Below the pieces are notes generated by a model. It made no database searches and was not told the DNA's origin. It saw only the letters and a program-made list of their open reading frames with translations. Positions 56,761-64,000 of a stretch of 64,000 bases of DNA are shown here, piece after piece; the stretch's first letter is position 1, and the number at the start of each line of letters is the position of its first letter. A program made the position numbers and the translations under genes. The DNA lies in NCBI GenBank assembly GCA_038891035.1, contig JAWAEW010000002.1, positions 22,476-86,475 on the forward strand. Direction: 5' to 3'. This DNA is from Candidatus Anstonellaceae archaeon. Its GTDB lineage: Archaea > Micrarchaeota > Micrarchaeia > Anstonellales > Anstonellaceae.

Positions 56761-57077
56761 TACTGCAATCCTTCAAGGACTGTAATGCTCTCTTCGGGGT
56801 AACCACTTTCCACCAGCAATTTTTTGATTTGCTTGGTGTGATCCCCTTGCAATATTATCATGCCATCCTTGACGGTCCCACCGCATGCGCGCTTTTGCTT
56901 GAGTTCTCGGCCGGTCTGTTCAAGTTTTGAAGGGTCAATCCCTTCAATTATGGTAACCAGCTTTTTGAATTTCTTTTTCGTAGCATACACGCGTATGCGC
57001 TGTGTGCCTTCTTTTTCCAAGATGTCACACGAGCATATTTCCTTTATCAGACCGCATTTTTGGCATATATCAGGCAA
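56760..57077 (-). CDS. sui1: translation initiation factor SUI1 (aSUI1/eIF1-like)
   Basis: QRIRVYATKKKFKKLVTIIEGI and RACGGTVKDGMIILQGDH. Confidence 0.85.
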   Translation of the reverse strand: MPDICQKCGLIKEICSCDILEKEGTQRIRVYATKKKFKKLVTIIEGIDPSKLEQTGRELKQKRACGGTVKDGMIILQGDHTKQIKKLLVESGYPEESITVLEGLQ

Positions 57078-57327
57078 CCGTTTTCACCTCTTTTTGCTCC
57101 GCAGTAGCTTCTGCGGGCTTTTTTAATCCAAGCTTTCTTTCGTGCAATATTGTCAAAATCCTTGCTATGGCAAGCTTCAACTGGCGCACTTTGCCGGGAT
57201 TTGATGATCTGCCTCCAGCAGCAATCACCCCGCGCTCTGCATTCAGCTCTTTTCGAAACTGGAAAAGCTTCTGGGAAAGCTCTGCATCAGACAATGTACG
57301 CAAGTTCGATTTGCGGATGATTGCCAT
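57070..57327 (-). CDS. rpl29: 50S ribosomal protein L29 (uL29)
   Basis: LSDAELSQKLFQFRKELNAERGV. Confidence 0.8.
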   Translation of the reverse strand: MAIIRKSNLRTLSDAELSQKLFQFRKELNAERGVIAAGGRSSNPGKVRQLKLAIARILTILHERKLGLKKPAEATAEQKEVKTVA

Positions 57328-57329
57328 AG

Positions 57330-58079
57330 TTATTTCCTCCTTATTCTTTTTCTGTCAGGCTCATCTTGGTCATCAACCGGCTCGTTTGGTGTGGAAGCAG
57401 TGATGTCCTCTGCTGATTCTATCACTTTTGCTATTTGAATCTTTGCTGATGGATCTTTGTCTGGGAAGACTGTGCCCGGAGGCACTATCCTTACTAAAAC
57501 TCCAATTGCTCCGGATTTAGGATAGGCAGTGACATGGGCTTCTCTGACTTGCCTTGAAGGCTCGCCTGCTTTTGGAATATAGCCTGCCATTACACGGAAA
57601 GATTTGCTTCTGCCCCCTTTTGCTGCAATCTTGCCTGAGGCTACAATTTCTGCACCAAGTGCGCCTGCTCTCATTATATCACGCAATCCAGCGTGCAAAA
57701 TTGCTCGGATTTTCTTGCCCATTTCAATATATCTGCAGATTTTCTTTGCCACCAGCCTTGGCTCTAAGTTTTGGTTTGCGGATTCCAGCACAGAAATTTG
57801 CGGGTTGTCAATATCGAATTCTTTTTGGATAGTTTCGGTCAGATCCTGAATAGACCTTCCTTTCTTCCCTATTACTCTGCCCGGATTAGTGACCTCCACT
57901 GCAATTCGGGTCACCATTGGAGTGCGCTGAATTGCTACCCGTGAAAACCCTGCTCGGTCTAGTTCTGCCTCTAGGAACTTAGAGACTCGGTAGCGTGTAA
58001 TTGCATCCTCAATAAATTTTTCTTCTGCTTTGATTTTCTCTGCCATAAATTCACGCCTTTGCCTGCTTGGCTTGCTCAT
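57330..58079 (-). CDS. rps3: 30S ribosomal protein S3 (uS3)
   Basis: KH domain VTNPGRVIGKKGRSIQDL. Acidic C-terminal tail. Confidence 0.9.
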   Translation of the reverse strand: MSKPSRQRREFMAEKIKAEEKFIEDAITRYRVSKFLEAELDRAGFSRVAIQRTPMVTRIAVEVTNPGRVIGKKGRSIQDLTETIQKEFDIDNPQISVLESANQNLEPRLVAKKICRYIEMGKKIRAILHAGLRDIMRAGALGAEIVASGKIAAKGGRSKSFRVMAGYIPKAGEPSRQVREAHVTAYPKSGAIGVLVRIVPPGTVFPDKDPSAKIQIAKVIESAEDITASTPNEPVDDQDEPDRKRIRRK

Positions 58080-58572
58080 TCTGGTGCGCCTTCTGCTCAG
58101 CGGCTGGCTGGTTTGCCAAGGACTGTGGTGGCTGCTGGATTTCTTCCAGCACTACCTCGACAAATGCAGTCTCGTAGTCTTGGCGTATTCGCCTGCCCTT
58201 TGGAGAAAGGCGCGGATAAATATGCTGTTTGTTTGCCATGATATGAGCAATCTTGGTTGCCCCAAGTCCAAGCTTAGAAGCATTGGCAGCTGCATTTTGG
58301 ACCACCTGAAGCACTAGCCTTGCAGACTTTATTGGCCAGCCTCCTTTCCTGCCTCCAAGCTCCTTTCGGTGACCTTTTCCATGATTGAATTTTGGATATG
58401 GAACTGCAACTTGCCCTGCGGCCGCAAGCTCTAGAAACTCAAGTGCATCTTCTGTTGGGAGGCCGCGCACGCTGCTGCATACGTTACACAAATCCTTATA
58501 TGAGGCATTAAGATTTCTGGCAACAGCACGGGCAAATCGGACATTTTCTTTTGGACAGTATGCATAAGCCAT
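58051..58572 (-). CDS. rpl22: 50S ribosomal protein L22 (uL22) with Q/A-rich C-terminal tail
   Basis: ARAVARNLNASYKDLCNV...IKSARLVLQVVQNA. Overlaps the S3 start by 29 nt. Confidence 0.9.
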   Translation of the reverse strand: MAYAYCPKENVRFARAVARNLNASYKDLCNVCSSVRGLPTEDALEFLELAAAGQVAVPYPKFNHGKGHRKELGGRKGGWPIKSARLVLQVVQNAAANASKLGLGATKIAHIMANKQHIYPRLSPKGRRIRQDYETAFVEVVLEEIQQPPQSLANQPAAEQKAHQNEQAKQAKA

Positions 58573-58576
58573 ATTC

Positions 58577-58984
58577 TCACTTTAGGGGGATGAACTTGGA
58601 ACCTCTGGTTGCGCCTACTCCTGGACCGGAGTGGATAACTCTGCCTGTTGTGTGAGAAAAATCACCCAGCCTATAGCCAATCTTGTCAATAGTGATATGT
58701 ACATTTTTCCATTCCTTTCCATTGTGCACTGCAAATGTGAGACCAAGCCACTGAGGAATAATGACTGCTTCGCGGATATGTGTCCTTATGATTTTGGAAG
58801 GATTCTTTGCTTTTATTTCTTCGACCTTCTTCATGAACTTGCGTAAGATGAAATTTCTGTTTTCCATTGCACGCTTAACTGCCCTTCTTGCTCTGGAAGT
58901 AAGCAGGGGCAAAAATTCCTCTAAGCTCATGGAAGAAAGCTCGTCCTTTTCCTTTCCCCGGTATTTATTTACTCTCGGCATCAT
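58577..58984 (-). CDS. rps19: 30S ribosomal protein S19 (uS19)
   Basis: GKEWKNVHITIDKIGYRLGDFSHTTGR. Confidence 0.9.
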   Translation of the reverse strand: MMPRVNKYRGKEKDELSSMSLEEFLPLLTSRARRAVKRAMENRNFILRKFMKKVEEIKAKNPSKIIRTHIREAVIIPQWLGLTFAVHNGKEWKNVHITIDKIGYRLGDFSHTTGRVIHSGPGVGATRGSKFIPLK

Positions 58985-59748
58985 GATCCCTCTTTGGTAT
59001 CATCCATCTTTTGCTCTTCAATATGGGCCTTCTTGCGCCCAACGCTTCTTGCGGCGATATGTCCAACTTTCCTACCAGGAGGTGCATTTCTTGAAGTCAT
59101 ACTGCTTCTTCCTTTATGGTGCTGCTTGCCACCGAACGGATGATTGTAAGCAGCCATATGCACTCCGCGGTTGACTGGCCATCTTCTATTTTGAGCATGC
59201 TTTTTGTAGAAGTTTGCGCCCGCTTTCATAAGAGGCTTTTCAAGTTTCCCGCCGCCGCAAATTACTCCTATCTGTGCCCTGCATGCGCCGTTTAGTGCAA
59301 TGGTGTGTCTGCTTGGAAGCTTGACATATACGGTATCTTTTTCTTTTGAGACCACTGTTGCATATGAGCCTGGGGTTCGCACTAGTTTTCCTCCATCCCC
59401 TGGAACCATCTCAAGGTTGAAAATCGGGGCTCCTTCAGGAATGCGCAAGAGTGGCAAGCAATTTCCAAGCCCTATCTTTGCCTCTGCGCCGCTTAAAATT
59501 TCCTGCCCAACAAATGCCCCCTCTGGCGCAAGCATGTGCAAAACAATTCCATCTTCAAATTCTACTTCCATCAAAAGAGCTCCTCGTGCAGGGTCATCCA
59601 CAAACTGCCTCACCTGCCCACGCACAAATGCTGTTTTCTCTTTTTCATCATACTTTCTGAACTGAAGGTCTGTCTTGTAGCGATGAGAAGGCGCTCGATA
59701 TGCCACCGAGCCTTTGCCCCTCCTTTGCTGCTTTAGCAATTTGCCCAT
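58981..59748 (-). CDS. rpl2: 50S ribosomal protein L2 (uL2)
   Basis: NPFGGKQHHKGRSS and GGGKLEKPLMKAGANF. Confidence 0.95.
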   Translation of the reverse strand: MGKLLKQQRRGKGSVAYRAPSHRYKTDLQFRKYDEKEKTAFVRGQVRQFVDDPARGALLMEVEFEDGIVLHMLAPEGAFVGQEILSGAEAKIGLGNCLPLLRIPEGAPIFNLEMVPGDGGKLVRTPGSYATVVSKEKDTVYVKLPSRHTIALNGACRAQIGVICGGGKLEKPLMKAGANFYKKHAQNRRWPVNRGVHMAAYNHPFGGKQHHKGRSSMTSRNAPPGRKVGHIAARSVGRKKAHIEEQKMDDTKEGS

Positions 59749-59757
59749 TTTTGCACC

Positions 59758-60018
59758 TCAAACAATCTTCAGCTTTGCGGCAATATCATCTGCCTTGTAT
59801 TCCTTTGCAAGCTTTACATAAGCTCTCTTTTTGCCAACCGGCGTGATTAGAGTGCGCACTGATGCCACTTTCACCTCGAACATTTCTTCAACATCCTTTT
59901 TTATCTGCTGTTTGGTTGCATTCTTTTCTACCACAAAGGTAAGTGTATTTTGGAATTCTATTAAGCCAACGGCCTTTTCATTTGTTATCGGATAAAGTAT
60001 GCAACTCATAACCATCAC
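59758..60018 (-). CDS. rpl23: 50S ribosomal protein L23 (uL23)
   Basis: [28 protein letters not shown]. Confidence 0.85.
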   Translation of the reverse strand: MMVMSCILYPITNEKAVGLIEFQNTLTFVVEKNATKQQIKKDVEEMFEVKVASVRTLITPVGKKRAYVKLAKEYKADDIAAKLKIV

Positions 60019-60815
60019 AATCCCGAGATTTCTTTAAGTGCGCTTTGAGTATAGATTGCAAGCCTTCCTGGCTTTGCACCAGGAGCAAGCAATTCAACTT
60101 TAAGCCCGGAAGCTGCAACCACATCAATTCCAGGTATATTCCTTGCCGCCAACACTACCGGAGAGTCTGCTTTCGAAACTGCAATTATTGCAGATTTTGG
60201 ATAGGTCTTTCCCCCTTTTCTTGCTCGCACTCCAACACGCTGGCGTGGTGCTTTTGCCCTTTCAAGGTCTTGTGGAATAATCGAAGACAAAAACTTTTGC
60301 ACTTCAGAAGTCTTGGAAATAGCCTCAAACGAATCCTCCACTATGATTGGAAGATGGACAAGAGAATCTGGAAGACGATGCCCGCGAGCCACAACAAGCT
60401 GGCGCTTTGCTGTAGCAGCAATCGCACTTCGAAGGGCAGCTTTATACTCCTTTTTGTTGATTTTTTCTACGATTTTTTCTTCTACTCGTGGTGGATGCGC
60501 TCTGCGCCCTTTGACTGCAGAAGGAATTCGTTTTACTCTTCCAAGTCGTCCTTTTGGAAGTACCTCACGCGGCCTGATTGCAATTCCCCGGTTTTTGCCA
60601 GAGCCAAAGTCGCCTTTCCTTCCGCGGTATCTTGCAGATGTCTCCATCCCTGCCCATTTGTAGTTCCCTTTTGGCTGATAGCGCTTGGTCTGATCAGAAA
60701 TTGCAGCTCTGGAGATTAGCTCGAAATTTACCTCTGTAGAAAAGACTTCTGGAAGCTCCACTTCTCCAGCAATCTTCCCGTCAATCGAATAAAGATTTGA
60801 CCTCATAAACATCAC
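60015..60815 (-). CDS. rpl4: 50S ribosomal protein L4 (uL4)
   Basis: 266 aa in the conserved L3-L4-L23-L2 order. Lys/Arg-rich loop. Confidence 0.9.
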   Translation of the reverse strand: MMFMRSNLYSIDGKIAGEVELPEVFSTEVNFELISRAAISDQTKRYQPKGNYKWAGMETSARYRGRKGDFGSGKNRGIAIRPREVLPKGRLGRVKRIPSAVKGRRAHPPRVEEKIVEKINKKEYKAALRSAIAATAKRQLVVARGHRLPDSLVHLPIIVEDSFEAISKTSEVQKFLSSIIPQDLERAKAPRQRVGVRARKGGKTYPKSAIIAVSKADSPVVLAARNIPGIDVVAASGLKVELLAPGAKPGRLAIYTQSALKEISGL

Positions 60816-61756
60816 TGCTTAGATGCAAGCGAAATGAATGTGATCTGGGGCTGTTTTAGATGAACCGGTGCCCTCACTGCCTTTCTAAATCTTATAAGCC
60901 TTTTTTGAGGGCCGGCTAAGCTTCCCTTAATCAGCATATATTCAGTCTTAATTACGCCGTAGTGTGGAAAACCACCTGCAACGGCCATCTCTGAGCCTGG
61001 TCCGATCTTCATTATGCGTTTGTTAAGCTCTGTCCTTTTATGATAACCCATTTGGCCAGGCATTGGAACAGTATATTGAACATAGGCAGGATGCCAGGGG
61101 CCTAAAGTTCCGATGTGCCTGCGCTTGCCTGTTGCCTTGCGCCTCTGTTGTGCTGTCCCAAACCTCTTGATAGTTCCTTGCCAGCCTTTGCCTTTGGTGA
61201 TTGCAATAGCATCCAAAAATTCTCCGGGTTTGAACACTTCTGAAACCTTTACTTCTTTGCCAAGTAAAGAAAGCGCATATTCTAGCTTTTCTGCGCAGTC
61301 TTTTCCTCCAACTGCAATTTCCATTCTTTCAGGGGTTTTTTTCCCTATTCCTGTAAGGAATGGGCGAGTATATGCCAAAACAAACACATGATCAACATCA
61401 GAAGCAGAAAATTGGTTGTCTTTTTTCTTCTTAATTCCAAGAGGTTTGAGCACCTTTTCATCAGAACAGAGTATATCTCCAATTGGTTGCCCATTTTTAT
61501 ATCCTCGAACTCCATAAATTGTCATAGGTGGGCATTCCACCACAGTGGCAGATGCAAAGACTTCATTCCCCTTGTTTGGAGATTCTGAGTCATCTATAAA
61601 TAGAACATGAGTCATTCCTGCCTTGTAGCCTGCAAATCCAAGCAGCCTCTTTTCTTGCGAGGCAGGCCAGAAATTAACTGATGGAACCTGACTGTCAGCA
61701 CGCTTGCGCGGCCTGAATGCAATCGAACCTTTTTTGTGACCTGAGCGCTTTCCCAT
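60812..61756 (-). CDS. rpl3: 50S ribosomal protein L3 (uL3)
   Basis: From the internal ATG MGKRSGHKKGSIAFRPRKRA, with AGGGG 6 nt upstream. The track start at 61840 adds 28 non-conserved codons. Confidence 0.9.
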   Translation of the reverse strand: MGKRSGHKKGSIAFRPRKRADSQVPSVNFWPASQEKRLLGFAGYKAGMTHVLFIDDSESPNKGNEVFASATVVECPPMTIYGVRGYKNGQPIGDILCSDEKVLKPLGIKKKKDNQFSASDVDHVFVLAYTRPFLTGIGKKTPERMEIAVGGKDCAEKLEYALSLLGKEVKVSEVFKPGEFLDAIAITKGKGWQGTIKRFGTAQQRRKATGKRRHIGTLGPWHPAYVQYTVPMPGQMGYHKRTELNKRIMKIGPGSEMAVAGGFPHYGVIKTEYMLIKGSLAGPQKRLIRFRKAVRAPVHLKQPQITFISLASKQ

Positions 61757-61770
61757 TAAAACCCCTAAAC

Positions 61771-61787
61771 TTGCGCATACTGCGCAA
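61771..61787 (-). promoter_or_regulatory. 7-bp inverted repeat (TTGCGCA-TAC-TGCGCAA) in leader of ribosomal operon
   Basis: Seen directly. Lies 15-30 nt upstream of the proposed L3 start. Confidence 0.3.
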
Positions 61788-61840
61788 ATGATTCGCAACG
61801 CTTCTTTCCCTCTCAATGGAGGGGTGGTTGCGAGTGTCAT

Positions 61841-61893
61841 CTTACATTATATGTAAGAAGTGCGGTTGATATATGAGACAAGTATTTATAAAC
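61841..61893 (-). promoter_or_regulatory. candidate promoter of the ribosomal-protein operon: 17-bp perfect palindrome CTTACATTATATGTAAG plus TATA-like TTTATAAA
   Basis: Palindrome at 61841-61857. TTTATAAA at 61885-61892, about 130 nt upstream of the L3 ATG, in the divergent intergenic region. Confidence 0.3.
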
Positions 61894-61948
61894 ATTCCGC
61901 TTTTGACTCAAGCCCAACCTTTTTATTTTATCAACAAGAAAGGACTTT

Positions 61949-62407
61949 ATGCGCCCATATATATTTGCATTTGGTTTACTACTTTGTGCATGCTTGACAT
62001 TTGGCCAACACGAATCACTAGAATGGAACGCAGAGGAAATGCTTACATACTATCAGGTAAACATCGACTACAAAGTGCCAAAAAGTGCTAAGATGCTTAT
62101 TGGAAGTGAGCGCATAAACGTATATGTAAAAGGATATATTATTGGCATACAGACTAAAAGAGGCGAGATCCAACATTTTGGCTTTGGGGCGCTTGAAAAT
62201 CCCACCATTGTGGTTTTTATAAGCGATAGAGCTTACGAAGATATCAAAAACCGAAAAATAGGGGTGCTGAAAGCCATAGATTTAGGGGAAATAAGAATAG
62301 AGGGCAAGACCTTGCTTTCTTCACTGAAGATAGAGGCAGCAAAAAGAATATACGCTGCTGCTGGCGGTGATGCACTTTTTTTGGGCAAAAAAGCAACGCC
62401 AAGCTGA
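61949..62407 (+). CDS. secreted SCP2 (sterol-carrier-protein-2)-like domain protein
   Basis: Signal peptide MRPYIFAFGLLLCACLTFG. C-terminal segment TIVVFISDRAYEDIKNRKIGVLKAIDLGEIRIEGKTLLSSLKIEAAKRI resembles the SCP2 motif (tl.msd.df..l..GKL.p..A...GklKi.Gn..la.kl). Confidence 0.35.
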   Translation: MRPYIFAFGLLLCACLTFGQHESLEWNAEEMLTYYQVNIDYKVPKSAKMLIGSERINVYVKGYIIGIQTKRGEIQHFGFGALENPTIVVFISDRAYEDIKNRKIGVLKAIDLGEIRIEGKTLLSSLKIEAAKRIYAAAGGDALFLGKKATPS

Positions 62408-62458
62408 CAAGCTGAGGAATCGTTCCGGCAGGCCTGATGGAGGCCAAAAAGTGAGTGG

Positions 62459-64000
62459 CTAAAGATCAAGGAAGTCGTTTGGAGATGGCGGTTCTGGCTT
62501 TTCGCCCTTTCTTGTGCGTATTTGCTTAACTACTTTTGCTACAAGCTCTTTCGGCAGAGGCTCGTAGCCTGCGTATTCTTGATATGGAATTCCTCGCCCT
62601 TGGGTTGCAGAGCGCAAATCATTGCCGAAGCCGAACATTTCAGCAACTGGCAGCTTTACTATAATTATCGAGGTTTCTCCTTCTTGCTGCATGTCAAGCA
62701 GCTGCCCGCGTCTTCCTTGGATGAGGTTGATAACGTTGCCTACATATTCGTGTGGGCAAAGTATTGTTACCTTTTGCTTTGGTTCTTGAAGCGTCACCCC
62801 TGCATAAAGCATTGCGGCGTAGATGGGTCTTTTTGTTGCAGGAATTATTTGAGCAGGACCTCGGTGGACAGGATCTTCGTGAATCAGAGCGTCTTGAAGT
62901 CTCACTTTTACACCGACTACCTTCTCTTTTGCAAGAGGACCGCAATCCATAGCTTCTTCGAAGCCTTGAATTAGAAGTTCCATTATTTCATTGAGATACT
63001 GAATTCCTCGTGTGTCATTTATCAGCACATTTTTGTTGTGGATGTCTATAACTGATTTTGCATCTTCACGTGGCATACCGCACTCAACTAGAGTTTCAAC
63101 GATCGCTTTGCCTTTAGGCCTTCCGTCTGGTATTTTGCCTTCGATCATTGCTTCGTAGACACTTTTTTCAAGAGGCTCCACCATAAATTTCAGCTTAGTG
63201 TGTTTGTTGGGCGACTTCCCCTCCACCAGATCCGATTTGCCAGTAATCATCTCTCTGTAAACAACGATCGGCGGCGAGGTTACAATTGGAATGCCCTTTT
63301 CTTTTGCTATTTTGTATTCAATTATCTCAAGGTGCAGCTCCCCCATTCCAGAAATCAGATGCTCACCGGTCTCGTGATTTATCTCTACTTTCAGAGTCGG
63401 ATCTTCTTTGCTTATTTGGCGCAAGGCCAAAATAAGCTTTGATAAGTCTTTGCTATCTTTTGCTTCGATACTTTTTGTAACCACAGGCTCGGAATAATGC
63501 TTTATTTGCTCAAATGGAGTTATAGGGCCTGCTGAAACAGTTTCACCTACATATATGTCTCTGAGTCCTACCAAACCGACAATTGAGCCTGCAATTGCAC
63601 CATCTACCATAACTCGGTCAGGTCCCATATAAATTGCACACTGCTGCACTTTTTCATTAGTCATTCTGGATGCAAGATAAAGCATGTCTCCTTTTTTGAC
63701 TGCACCGGAGAATAGGCGCACCACTGCAACTTCTCCTGCATGCTCGTCGTTTACCACGCCAAAACAGACGCCGATTGTCTTTGCTTTTGGATCGCATGAA
63801 AGCATTGCTTTTCCATCTTCTGAGTCCAAATCGCCTTTCCAAATGACCGGAATTCTGTACTTTTGTGCTTCTTTTGGATTTGGCAGATGATCCACCACCA
63901 TTTGCAAAAGGACTTCATCTAAGGGCGATTTTTCAACCAAAATTTTGTGTTCGCCTGCGCGGCAGTGGTTATAAATATCCGGGAATTTTATTGAAAATTT
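62459..64000 (-). CDS. fusA: translation elongation factor 2 (aEF-2), N-terminal G-domain beyond window
   Basis: EF-2 domains III-V (VEKSPLDEVLLQMVVDHLPNP...). The frame stays open to position 64000; the track start is an internal TTG. Confidence 0.85.
   Translation of the reverse strand, partial: KFSIKFPDIYNHCRAGEHKILVEKSPLDEVLLQMVVDHLPNPKEAQKYRIPVIWKGDLDSEDGKAMLSCDPKAKTIGVCFGVVNDEHAGEVAVVRLFSGAVKKGDMLYLASRMTNEKVQQCAIYMGPDRVMVDGAIAGSIVGLVGLRDIYVGETVSAGPITPFEQIKHYSEPVVTKSIEAKDSKDLSKLILALRQISKEDPTLKVEINHETGEHLISGMGELHLEIIEYKIAKEKGIPIVTSPPIVVYREMITGKSDLVEGKSPNKHTKLKFMVEPLEKSVYEAMIEGKIPDGRPKGKAIVETLVECGMPREDAKSVIDIHNKNVLINDTRGIQYLNEIMELLIQGFEEAMDCGPLAKEKVVGVKVRLQDALIHEDPVHRGPAQIIPATKRPIYAAMLYAGVTLQEPKQKVTILCPHEYVGNVINLIQGRRGQLLDMQQEGETSIIIVKLPVAEMFGFGNDLRSATQGRGIPYQEYAGYEPLPKELVAKVVKQIRTRKGEKPEPPSPNDFLDL

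Noticed and set aside
60045-60719. 224-aa plus-strand ORF inside rpl4
   Set aside because: Antisense to L4. No motifs.
1-64000. CRISPR arrays and rRNA genes
   Set aside because: No regularly spaced direct repeats. No 16S/23S/5S-like conserved stretches seen.

Overview
This looks like an archaeal chromosomal segment of about 42% GC. The evidence is archaeal/eukaryal-type ribosomal proteins (L18e, L19e, L32e, L34e, L40e, L14e, S4e), aEF-1alpha and aEF-2, Cbf5, SUI1, RNase P Rpp29, RpoN/RpoD, two FtsZ paralogs, and intron-containing tRNAs. The tandem FtsZ1/FtsZ2, the heavy tRNA intron load, the reduced RNAP cluster and a cell-surface adhesin locus suggest a small-celled DPANN-like or deep-branching euryarchaeal lineage; that lineage call is inference only. 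Nearly everything is on the minus strand. Layout: 1-6.4 kb housekeeping (tpiA, argG, thrS). 6.4-20.6 kb is one tightly packed operon for a type IV pilus-like system (FlaI/TadA ATPase, two TadB/TadC-like platform proteins, seven pilin-like genes) in which the pilin-like subunits are fused to lectin/carbohydrate-binding modules (LamG_3, CBM4_9-like), plus a 1252-aa lipobox protein built from knottin-like cysteine repeats and two LamG domains. I think this is the novel system in the window. A plus-strand gene for a protein ending in a textbook Bacteroidota T9SS C-terminal sorting domain sits inside this locus. 20.6-32 kb holds DNA ligase, an ATP-cone/Mrr-like nuclease fusion, a second ATP-cone protein, transporters, ftsZ1-ftsZ2 and a Dph6-like gene. 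32.7-64 kb holds tuf-rpsJ, the S2/RpoN/S9/L13/L18e/RpoD/S11/S4/S13 cluster, cbf5-L14e-cmk-L34e-DUF106-adk-secY, and the large L3...L15 ribosomal operon ending with partial aEF-2. I identified eight tRNA genes by hand-folding. Six appear to carry introns, and three of those have the insertion in the T-arm rather than at position 37/38. No CRISPR array, rRNA, integrase or transposase was seen.
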